Part shown: positions 40,347-52,944 of the stretch, in pieces | How positions within the stretch are numbered: the stretch's first letter is position 1 | Layout: each line of letters opens with the position of its first letter | Source of the DNA: an uncultured Chloroflexia bacterium | GTDB taxonomy: Bacteria; Chloroflexota; Limnocylindria; Limnocylindrales; CSP1-4 | Assembly (NCBI GenBank): GCA_963768655.1 | Contig: CAVYIM010000003.1 | Span: 832,001 to 896,000 of the forward strand | Direction of reading: 5' to 3' | Length of the DNA stretch: 64,000 bases | Program-made: the position numbers and the translations under genes | The notes under the pieces: generated by a model | What the model was told of the DNA's origin: nothing | The model's database searches: none | What the model saw: the letters and a program-made list of their open reading frames with translations, nothing else

Positions 40347-40394
40347 AGCCAAATCGTAGCTGCAAACCAGTTACCCTGCAGCGGCTCGGGACAC
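39267..40394 (-). mobile_element. IS630-family insertion sequence (1128 bp)
   Basis: Terminal IRs GTGTCCCGA / TCGGGACAC flanked by duplicated TA (39265-66 and 40395-96). Confidence 0.93.
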
Positions 40395-40912
40395 TAGCTC
40401 GGTTTGGCGGGGTTCGTCCGGGCCAGGAGCCACGGAACGGCCAGCGAGGCCAGCCCGCCCAGGGCTCCCAGCACCAGCAGCGCCGCCCGAACGGTGGCGG
40501 TGGGCTCGAGCTTGATCAGATTGTCGAAGCTGACCTGGCCGGGACCGGCCACGCCGACCGCCACGGCGCCGATGGCCAGTACGAGCGGGAATTCGAACCC
40601 GCTCTTCCCGCTGAAGAAGCCGTGAACCCAGTGGACCTTGAAGATGATCACGACTGAGAGGCCGACCAGCGCCGCGACCGCCGCGGGGGTCAAGATGCCG
40701 GCGGCGAGCATGAGGCCGCCCACCAGCTCGGCCAGAATGGACACACCGGAGAACAGCGCGACCGGGCGGAAGCCCATCCTGGCAATCGCGCCCTGCCAGC
40801 CCTTCAGGCCCGTCCCGCCCCACCAGCCGAACGCCTTCTGCGCTCCGTGCGCCGCGAAGGTGACGCCCACGCCGAGACGGATCAGCAGCATTGCCAGATC
40901 GAACGAGTGCAC
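40394..40912 (-). CDS. DoxX family membrane protein
   Basis: LLIRLGVG..AHGAQKAFGW, AELVGG, KVHW.HGFF..GFEFPL..GPG; GGAGGAGG RBS. Confidence 0.92.
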   Translation of the reverse strand: MHSFDLAMLLIRLGVGVTFAAHGAQKAFGWWGGTGLKGWQGAIARMGFRPVALFSGVSILAELVGGLMLAAGILTPAAVAALVGLSVVIIFKVHWVHGFFSGKSGFEFPLVLAIGAVAVGVAGPGQVSFDNLIKLEPTATVRAALLVLGALGGLASLAVPWLLARTNPAKPS

Positions 40913-41190
40913 CGGAGCCTCCTCCCATGGTCCGCTGCGGGAAGACCGGCGCGAAGCTCCGGGCCTGCCTCCCCGAGCCGCATGGGCCGAATGAGCCGAA
41001 TGAGCCGAACTGCCCACGACCGTACGCCCGTCCGATCGGGCCGGCAATAGGCACGCTGCCATGTGGGCGTCGGCTGCGCCCTGCGCGGGAGCCGCTGCTT
41101 GACAACCACACGGCGCGTGTCGATCATGGGTCTTGATCGAACGATCATGACGAATGATCATATGATCACAACGCATGGTCAGGAGGCCGA

Positions 41191-41742
41191 GTGTCTACGC
41201 CGCTTCTCTCCCGGGCCGTCGAGAGCGTGTGGCAGATCCTTGCGCTCAGCCCCGAGCGACCGTTCTTCCAGCGCGAACTCGCCCGATTGACCGGCGAACC
41301 TTACAACGGCGTCGTCCAGGCGCTGCGCCGGCTGGTCCGCGACGGGCTCGTGACGACCGGCGTGGTCGGCGGCAAGCCGGCGTTCTATGCGAACCGCGAG
41401 AGCCCGTACTTCGACGAGTTCCAACGCATCGCCATCAAGAGCCTGGGCATCCCCAGCGCGCTGGACGCCGGCGGAGTCGTCGCGGTCAAGGTCGCCGTGT
41501 TCGGATCGTTTGCGAAGGGTGTCGCCGGACCGCAGTCGGACCTCGACGTCTTCGTCGTCGGCAGCGAGCCTTCGCCCGGCGCCGCGTCCACAGCCATGGC
41601 CGGGATAAGCCGCAAGTTAGGCCGCCCTGTCAATGTGGTCGTCTATAACCATGCCCGATATCAGCAGGAGCGCGAGGACGCCGCTACCTTCGTGTCGGCC
41701 ATCGTGGGCGCGCCGATCGTGAACCTCCGCGGAACGCTTTGA
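41191..41742 (+). CDS. wHTH + minimal nucleotidyltransferase (MNT) antitoxin
   Basis: RELARLTG HTH; FGSFAKG....SDLDVFVV Pol-beta NTase motif. Confidence 0.9.
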   Translation: MSTPLLSRAVESVWQILALSPERPFFQRELARLTGEPYNGVVQALRRLVRDGLVTTGVVGGKPAFYANRESPYFDEFQRIAIKSLGIPSALDAGGVVAVKVAVFGSFAKGVAGPQSDLDVFVVGSEPSPGAASTAMAGISRKLGRPVNVVVYNHARYQQEREDAATFVSAIVGAPIVNLRGTL

Positions 41743-42265
41743 TGCGATCGTTCGTGTCGATTGCGGCGCTGCTCGACCACGACGTTCGGCCGGCGTTCGA
41801 ACCTTCGATAGTCAACCGCAACGAAGCCGGCAGGAAAGCCGGCGAGATGAACAAGCATCTCGCCGAAGCCGAAAGCCTCGCCAGCTTCGGCTTTCGTGAG
41901 GACGCCCAGACCAGGTACGAAGCGGCGACAATCGCCGCTGCCGACGTGCTCCTGGCGCTGTCGGGTGCCTGTCTCGTCAACAGTCACCGCGGTCGCGCGC
42001 ACGAGGTGAAGAAGCACTTCCTGGTGGCCGCGCTGAATGCCGAGGGAAGCCGGCGCCCTCGCTCGAGCAGGTCCTCGCGATAACGCACATGCGCCATCTC
42101 GTCGAGTACGGCGCCTCGGTAATCGCGGAGCACCTGACGCCGCAGGCTGCTGACGAGGCACGGCCGGTCGCGAGCATCGCGCGCCGGTCAACGCTCGAGA
42201 TTCTCGACGAGGCCGGGATCGTTGTGCCGCAGCTCCCGCTTCAGGAGCCGCACGCGCCCAGATAG
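41742..42265 (+). CDS. HEPN-domain protein, frameshifted near 42047
   Basis: All-helical; YEAATIAAADVLLA..G..H; shifted frame reads LEQVLAITHMRHLVEYG..LTPQAADEA (R-X4-Y); TGATG overlap with MNT. Confidence 0.75.
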
Positions 42266-42273
42266 CTAACTCA

Positions 42274-42829
42274 GGGTCTGTGAATGAAATCGGTATGATC
42301 GGCGGGTGGACAAGCCGACCTTGCCGTGGATGTACTACGTCTCGACCGCGTTGACCGAGAAGTCGCTCGATCAGCTACAGGCGGTGTTTGCTCGATACGT
42401 CGAGGTGCATGCCTCGGGACGCCCAGACGACTGGCGCGATGTGATGATCGGTCTGGTTCCATTCATAGATTGCGCCCGACGCCTGGGCGGCGATCCGGAG
42501 AAGGTCCTGGGGCCGATCGCGGAGTCCGGAGCGGCTGAGTTCCGAGAGACATTCCGTGCGATCGTCCGGCGATCCGACATCACGCTGGCCGCGTTCGGGT
42601 GGTCTCTGACCGAGTTTCCGGAGGGGATGGCCTATCTACATGTTCGGCCAGATCGTAAGGCCTAATCGGTTCGGCTCGACTCGCATCCAGGCGAAGAAGC
42701 AGGCGACTGCGGCGACTTCGAGCCAGGCTCGGGCGCTCGCTCCGGTTCCTTCGTAGTTCCCTGAAAGACCGCGCTTGAGGTCGCCGAGCGCGGCAGTGCC
42801 TTGCGGACACCGATTTCATTCAGAGGTTC
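42274..42829. mobile_element. Non-autonomous IR-bounded cassette (MITE/MIC-like) with passenger gene
   Basis: 21-bp imperfect terminal IRs with a perfect 14-bp core TGAATGAAATCGGT (42281-94) / ACCGATTTCATTCA (42809-22); TCA direct repeat outside both ends; no transposase. Confidence 0.75.
42306..42665 (+). CDS. Hypothetical helical protein (cassette passenger)
   Basis: TATGAT 6 nt before GTG; 119 aa with DDWRDVMIGL..DCARRLG.DP. Confidence 0.7.
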   Translation: MDKPTLPWMYYVSTALTEKSLDQLQAVFARYVEVHASGRPDDWRDVMIGLVPFIDCARRLGGDPEKVLGPIAESGAAEFRETFRAIVRRSDITLAAFGWSLTEFPEGMAYLHVRPDRKA

Positions 42830-42951
42830 TCAGTCCCGCGGCCGCAACCGGGGGAGATTCGTACCGGTCGCGTAGGGTTTGACGGCGAGTAGACTGAGCG
42901 GGCGTCTCGAGAGCGCTCCGGGGAGGAGCGCCTGCACGGGGTAGGGATCGG

Positions 42952-43787
42952 ATGGGGGAGCTCGCGATCCAGAGCGAAGGCACGACGCCGCTCAGTGAGG
43001 CGGCGCCCGTCGCATCGCGGCGCGACCGGTTCAACGGCTGGTTCGTCACGCACGAGGTGGCGTGGGAGCTGGCCATGGCGGCGCTGGCCGTCGTGTACGT
43101 CGCGCTCGGGTTCGCGGTCGACGACCTCTCGGCGGGCGAGCGTCCGGAGATCGGGGCGGCCGAGTGGGCGCTGACCGGCATCTTCGTCCTCGAATTCGGC
43201 AGTCGAATCCTGGCGGCTCGGAGCCGGACGGCCTACCTGCGCGGCCCTGGATCGACGTCATCGCCCTGGCGCCACCGATCCGAGGCGCGCTGGTGCTTCG
43301 CCTCCTGCGGCTGCTTCGACTGGTTCGGTCGTTCGCCGGCCTCTATCGGGCGGGCCTCCACATCCAGGGCCTGGCTCGACACAAGGGCTTCGCCTGGCTG
43401 CTGACCGCCTGGCTCGGCGTCATGGCCCTCTGCTCGGCCTGGATGCACATCGCCGAGAAGGGCGTCAACAGCGCGATCCAGAACCCCTTCGACGCGCTCT
43501 GGTGTGGCGTCGTCACCCTGACCACCGTCGGTTACGGCGACGTCTACCCCGTCACCACCGAGGGCCGCCTCGTCGCCATGGCGCTGATGCTCCTCGGCAT
43601 CGGGCTCTTCGGCGCCATCACCGCCACGATCGCGAGCTACTTGATGAGCAGCGACAGCCACCACGACCCGGACCACTCTCCGGCGGGCGATCTGGAACGG
43701 CTAGCGGCGCTGCACGAGCAAGGGGCGTTGACACAGGACGAGTTCGCAGAGGCTAAGTTGTGGGCGCTCAAGGCGACGGCCCGCTAG
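42952..43787 (+). CDS. Potassium channel (ion transport family) with C-terminal SHOCT, frameshift near 43245
   Basis: S4-like LRLLRLLRLVR, DALWCGVVTLTTVGYGD filter, LERLAALHEQGALTQDEFAEAK SHOCT. Confidence 0.9.
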
Positions 43788-44017
43788 AAAGGAGCGAGGC
43801 AGGGAATGGCAATGAGTTGTCTTGGCGACCCCGCGGCGCCGCATTGCCGACTAGGCCAGCGAGACAAACGCCACTTGGCGTCCCGGAGCGTGGTGCCTGA
43901 AGGAAGTAATGCGTCGACTTCGGCGTCTCGCGGAGCTGTCCCGCAGACCCTGAGCGATATCACGGCCACGCACGAGCTAACACACGGCAGTGTCGGACTT
44001 AGTCAGGTGCGATCTCG

Positions 44018-44842
44018 CTAAGGCGTGTTGGCGGAAATGAGCACTTCATTGACGTAGCGACGGTGACTCGAGTCTGCCGCAACCGACGATCGCCGGGTAA
44101 TCATCTCCGTAGCAAATCCTTCGTAGAGCGCCAGGAGCGATGGGTGATTCGCATTTGAGACGAGGACGGAACACCCAGCCTCAGCAAGCCGTCTTGCGAC
44201 GCGAGCCAGTCTCTTCTGATCGTCGAACGAGTAGATGCGTTCGTTGTAACGAAGGAACCCATTCTGGTCATGCGCTACTGTATAGGGAGGGTCGAAGTAG
44301 ACGAAATCACCGGCTGACGCAGTTTCAACTGCTACTTCAAAATCACAGGCCATGAGTTGGGTGCTCTGAAGGGCGTCGCTCAGCGCCCACAGATGGCTGC
44401 GATCACTGAAAGAGTACACCCGGTGGCCGTATGGAGTGTTGAATTGTCCCTGTCGGTTGACTCTGTATATCCCATTGAACGCGAGTGTAGTCAAGTAGAT
44501 GAAACGGGCCGCCTTCTCAATGGCGTCGCCAGGGAAGGACTTTCGAACTACATAGTACCCGGCCTCGTCGGTCGGCAAGCGTTCGAGACATTCCTGAAGT
44601 GAAGCCCGGCGGTCTCGGAGTACTGCATAGAAATTCATCAAATCAACGTTGTGATCGGACAGGACAGCGGACCGCGGACAGAGATGAAAGAAGAGGGCCG
44701 CGCCACCGGCAAACGGCTCGAAATACCGGTGGAAGTTCGGCGGCACGTGTCGATCGATTGATGGGATGACGCTACGTTTGCCACCTGGCCACCTGAATGG
44801 AGGGGCGATTGCGAAACCAGATGGCGTGTCTAGTCGAATCAC
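44018..44842 (-). CDS. Dam-family (D12 class) N6-adenine DNA methyltransferase
   Basis: FRWPGGK, EPFAGGAALFF, FNGIYRVN..G.FNTPYG, YFDPPY; GTG start overlaps the upstream stop (GTGA). Confidence 0.95.
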   Translation of the reverse strand: MIRLDTPSGFAIAPPFRWPGGKRSVIPSIDRHVPPNFHRYFEPFAGGAALFFHLCPRSAVLSDHNVDLMNFYAVLRDRRASLQECLERLPTDEAGYYVVRKSFPGDAIEKAARFIYLTTLAFNGIYRVNRQGQFNTPYGHRVYSFSDRSHLWALSDALQSTQLMACDFEVAVETASAGDFVYFDPPYTVAHDQNGFLRYNERIYSFDDQKRLARVARRLAEAGCSVLVSNANHPSLLALYEGFATEMITRRSSVAADSSHRRYVNEVLISANTP

Positions 44843-46164
44843 AAACCCAGACCCCAGACGGCGACCCGCTCTAGCCCCGCCAGAGAGTGTAGATCGGTTG
44901 CTACATCGTGATTCAGCTGTCTGTATGTTCCCGGGTTCGCGGACGCTCGCCACTTCGACAGGGCGGCCAACGAGGCCTCTGAGTCCGTCCAGAGATCAAG
45001 GGCACTTGCTGGGCGCTCAGCACCTTCGTACAACCCGCGGTCTCTCAGCACAGGCAGCCACCAAAACTCGAACGAAGGTACCGGGATTGGTGACGACCTC
45101 CGGAGCTCCAAGGCGAGTCCCGTTGCTAGCCGGAGCAGGAGCAAAGCGCGCGCGATGACGCCGAAATGCACTGACATGGAGGCGCTGGAGGCGATGGTTA
45201 TAACCGGGAGGTCAGCAGCATCCTGATGACGAAGGAGGAAGTCACGCCATGACGGAATGGCGGGAGGCGGCCCGACGCGAGCAAGTATGGTGTCGACCGT
45301 GTTGATGAAATCTGCCTGGGTTCCTGTCTGGCTGGTTTGATCAAAGGAATCCTTGATAGCGATCCGAAGAAGATGCCGATCTAGCTGGTCGAATGGTGAG
45401 TACGACGACGGCCTCAGGGCTGTCCATAGGTCAAGCAGGAACGCTGCTGTCGCGTCAGCCGTCGGGGCGGGCGACTCCAAACCGTCAGGCCGGTAGCTTG
45501 CTGCATTGCGGAGGTCGCGATCCGCCGCGTAGCGACGAAGATCGGCACCCCACAGACTGAACCATCGACTTCCGATCCTTCGCCAGGGCCAGCCCCCAAA
45601 TCCGGCCGCCATCCAGTTCGAGAGCGTGATGCCACCTGGCGCGATAATTCGGCCTACGATGTCTCCTGACCGCATTCTTGCCCCCCAATGCTCGAGCGCA
45701 AGCCAGGCCATCTCGTGCGTCCCGCGGGTCTTGGGCGAGATCAGTTTGCTCGCTGCGGCATTGTGTGAGAACACGAAGTGATCTCCGTTCAAAACCGCAA
45801 TTCCCTGCGTGGCAAGAATACAAAGTGCTGCGTGCAATGAGGCGTAGTAAGCGAGATGGACCGAATGGTTTGAATCGCCTCGGCAGGCAGCCTGAATGGA
45901 AGTCCCAAGGTAGCCCCAGCCATCGCCGACGTGACGGAGAGTCGACGCGGCAGCGTACTGGAGAAGAGACCCAGAGTCCACCTGCGGGTTGGCGCCGCGT
46001 GCGTCGTCGTGGATTCTCGCTATGTGCCGGCCCGCATAGCGATTGGATCCTGGAAGCCATCGTCCGCGACGGAGACTCGGCTGGAGCAGGGAGAACGTCG
46101 ATTGGATCGTTTCATCAGAAGCACGCCGGAGCATGCGTTTCTCGTTGCTGTCGAGTGGCTTCAC
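44839..46164 (-). CDS. Hypothetical 441-aa protein with HEPN-like motifs
   Basis: HLAYYASLHAALCILATQG, GTHE, DRDLRNAASY (R-N-X3-Y); coupled between the DGQHR and MTase genes. Confidence 0.7.
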   Translation of the reverse strand: MKPLDSNEKRMLRRASDETIQSTFSLLQPSLRRGRWLPGSNRYAGRHIARIHDDARGANPQVDSGSLLQYAAASTLRHVGDGWGYLGTSIQAACRGDSNHSVHLAYYASLHAALCILATQGIAVLNGDHFVFSHNAAASKLISPKTRGTHEMAWLALEHWGARMRSGDIVGRIIAPGGITLSNWMAAGFGGWPWRRIGSRWFSLWGADLRRYAADRDLRNAASYRPDGLESPAPTADATAAFLLDLWTALRPSSYSPFDQLDRHLLRIAIKDSFDQTSQTGTQADFINTVDTILARVGPPPAIPSWRDFLLRHQDAADLPVITIASSASMSVHFGVIARALLLLRLATGLALELRRSSPIPVPSFEFWWLPVLRDRGLYEGAERPASALDLWTDSEASLAALSKWRASANPGTYRQLNHDVATDLHSLAGLERVAVWGLGL

Positions 46165-46179
46165 GCGTTCCTGCCCGTC

Positions 46180-47679
46180 CTATCGGAGGCCCAGCGCTGA
46201 AACCACCTGTTCCGAAAGCAGCGCTATTTCCTGATCCGGCGAGCTAGTCATGTGCCTCATCACAATTCGACGAAGCAGAGGGTACCCACCATTTCCTCGG
46301 TACGCCATCCTGAGCTGCTGGTCTTCTTCCGATAGGCCAGGCGCGGCCGAGGACCGCCAGTCGAACGCCGCAAGGTGTGCGGAGACGCGCTCCAGGAACC
46401 CCGCGAAAGGCTGTAGCCTCGCCTCTCGAATTGCGTCCGTTACGTCCTTGGTATCAACTAGATCAGAGGCGCGGTCGAGCTCCCAGCCAAACAGATTGAG
46501 ACGATGGGCGGCTAGGTAGGTGAGATCGTTGTAGACCTGAAGGATCACGCGAACGCCTTGGTCGGAACTGGTGAGGCTGTTGTTCGTGAAGATGGCCCCG
46601 GTTCCACGACCATCGAGCTGCCGAACCCATTCGAGGTTCCGCGACGCTACCGAGCGCGCAAACATCTCCCAGGCTAGGATCAGAAAAGCTGCTTGCTGAG
46701 CGCGAGACCAAGGGAGGGCAAGGCGGTCTGATCCTACCGGCGCTCCGTACAGTCCGCCTACAAGCTTCCCTCTTCCTTCCCAGTTGCGAATGAAGGATGA
46801 AAGCAAGGAACGGATCCACGAAGCCTGTGTCACGCCAGGTTTGGATGGCTCACCAAGCATATTGATTCGGTTCTTCCAGATGCTGGCCGGGTGCGTCCAC
46901 AGGATCTCGGTCATCTCCTGTGCTCGAGTTTCGCGATATATGCCAGCCCCTTCGAACCGATCAAGCCAATCCTCCGTCCGGAGGAGCGGGTAGAGGTCGA
47001 AGGCAAGACTCCGGTTGATACGCTTCGGCTTTATGTTGATCGTGTAGAAGAGATACGCCTGCCAACTGATATCGAGCCCTCGGAAAGCGACGACCGGGAG
47101 TTGATAGGTTTCGGGGAGCCCTCGCTCGTCGAATGCCCACAGGCGGTGCTGCCCATCTATGATTTCCAGTGGTGGTACCTCGGCGGGTCTCCAACGGGGG
47201 TCCGCGGATCCGGGCGGGAGTTCGACCTCGGCTGTCCCCCTGTCGTCGTCCGTAACCTTGATGACCTCGGACGGCGCGACTCGCCGACCGCCGCGTTTGT
47301 CGACCGACAGGAGCATGTTGACAACCACCGCGGTCGGGAGCCAACCGGGTTTCTTCAGGTCGTGGAACTCATCGGAGGCTCGGCGGCGCGGTGGAAGGTT
47401 GGACCATGGGAAGCCAAGCTTCACGTAGTCGGCTATCTCACTAGACCGCTCTACATCGTGACGTCGCTGGATCCCAAGAGAGTCGACGCGGGCTCCGTCC
47501 GTGACTTCCCGGCGGTAGACGCCTGTTAACCTGCGTATCAGGCCAACCTCGAGTGACAGGAGATAGAACTCAGGGGCCGGCTTCCTCCGGTGATCACGCT
47601 CGGCAAAGTCGACGTCATTCCATCCCCGCAGCCATTGACGCACTCGCAGCGCGGGAACCTTGACTGGCTCGGGCGGCAT
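46180..47679 (-). CDS. DGQHR-domain (DndB/ParB-like) protein
   Basis: GIQR, WLPTAVVVN, IIDGQHRLWAF, AYLFYTINIKPKRIN; AGGAG RBS 9 nt before ATG 47679. Confidence 0.92.
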   Translation of the reverse strand: MPPEPVKVPALRVRQWLRGWNDVDFAERDHRRKPAPEFYLLSLEVGLIRRLTGVYRREVTDGARVDSLGIQRRHDVERSSEIADYVKLGFPWSNLPPRRRASDEFHDLKKPGWLPTAVVVNMLLSVDKRGGRRVAPSEVIKVTDDDRGTAEVELPPGSADPRWRPAEVPPLEIIDGQHRLWAFDERGLPETYQLPVVAFRGLDISWQAYLFYTINIKPKRINRSLAFDLYPLLRTEDWLDRFEGAGIYRETRAQEMTEILWTHPASIWKNRINMLGEPSKPGVTQASWIRSLLSSFIRNWEGRGKLVGGLYGAPVGSDRLALPWSRAQQAAFLILAWEMFARSVASRNLEWVRQLDGRGTGAIFTNNSLTSSDQGVRVILQVYNDLTYLAAHRLNLFGWELDRASDLVDTKDVTDAIREARLQPFAGFLERVSAHLAAFDWRSSAAPGLSEEDQQLRMAYRGNGGYPLLRRIVMRHMTSSPDQEIALLSEQVVSALGLR

Positions 47680-47797
47680 GTCCCCCAACTCCTGACGTGC
47701 TGGTACGAGCGGCTCGCTCCTCGGAGATCATACGTCGGCCAAGACACTCGGAACCAGCGTAGGCCTCACGTCATACGAACTCGGAGCCAGTGTTCTG

Positions 47798-52186
<4,389 letters not shown>

Positions 52187-52250
52187 CTCGTGCACCTCTA
52201 CCTGGTTCTCTGTCTCGCGGTCGGGACGCTGGTTCATCGGTGGGCCTGGG

Positions 52251-52315
52251 GTTGTTGCGTGGCGTTGTTGCGTGGCGTGGTTGCGTGGCGTTGTTGCGTG
52301 GCGTTGTTGCGCGGC
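52251..52315 (+). repeat. 13-bp tandem repeat GTTGTTGCGTGGC x5
   Basis: Five consecutive units, two with single substitutions, in the nrdJ upstream region. Confidence 0.9.
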
Positions 52316-52649
52316 GGCGGCGGGGTGGCGCTGTGGCGGCCGGGCGGCGGCAGGGTGGCGAGGCCAGGCGGGCCCTCTGGCCCGACTGGGCGGTGCCGTG
52401 GCTGCGTGGCTATCCCGTGGCTGCGCGACCGGTTCGCGGACCTTGCGCGGGCGGCGAGCGCTGGGGGTTCTCCTACCCGGTGCGAGCCCGTGCGAAGGTC
52501 TGGATCGGTTCGTCCATCGTCGCCCGCGATAGCCTGCGAGGGCTCCTGGCCGGATCCGATCGTGGTCCTTCCTTCGCCAATTCGACCGTCCTTCCTTCGG
52601 CCTGCTTGCGGCGGCCAGTGGGCCTTCGCGGAGCCCATCGACCGCCGGG

Positions 52650-52679
52650 AATGTACGCCTGCGCCGCACCCCCAGTCAA
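52650..52679 (-). promoter_or_regulatory. Putative nrdJ promoter
   Basis: TTGACT-18 nt-TACATT on the - strand next to the NrdR boxes. Confidence 0.55.
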
Positions 52680-52688
52680 GCCTTGAAA

Positions 52689-52737
52689 ACACAAGATGTT
52701 GTGGTATCGTGCCACACGCAACCCCTACATCTTGCGC
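52689..52737. promoter_or_regulatory. Tandem NrdR boxes
   Basis: ACACAAGATGTTGTGG (52689-704) and CCCCTACATCTTGCGC (52722-737) fit acaCwAtATaTwGtg, 33 bp apart, upstream of nrdJ. Confidence 0.8.
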
Positions 52738-52944
52738 CGGGCCGTGATTCTGTGGAGATCCGCCCGGAGTTGGTGCATGCCCTGTGGACCGGCTGTGGAC
52801 GAGGAGTTCCGCGGCGTTCCGGCGGGCGCTCTGGCCGTCCATCGGAACGGGCCGTGGGGGCCGGACGGCCGGCAATCGACCCGCCGCCCCTTTCCTAACA
52901 GAACGTACGTGCTATTCTACTGCGAATGTCCAGCGGGCCGCGAG

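Noticed and set aside
44018-47679. Classical type II R-M, Dnd or Dpd system
   Set aside because: No recognisable restriction endonuclease motif and no dndCDE or dpdA genes in the window
43814-47750. GAGTTGTCTTGGCGAC (about 43814) and inverted GAGTGTCTTGGCCGAC (about 47735-50) as ends of the DGQHR island
   Set aside because: Match needs two indels, with no target duplication or recombinase; too weak to call
52187-52650. Cobalamin riboswitch ahead of B12-dependent nrdJ
   Set aside because: No B12-box or conserved core recognised; NrdR boxes explain regulation
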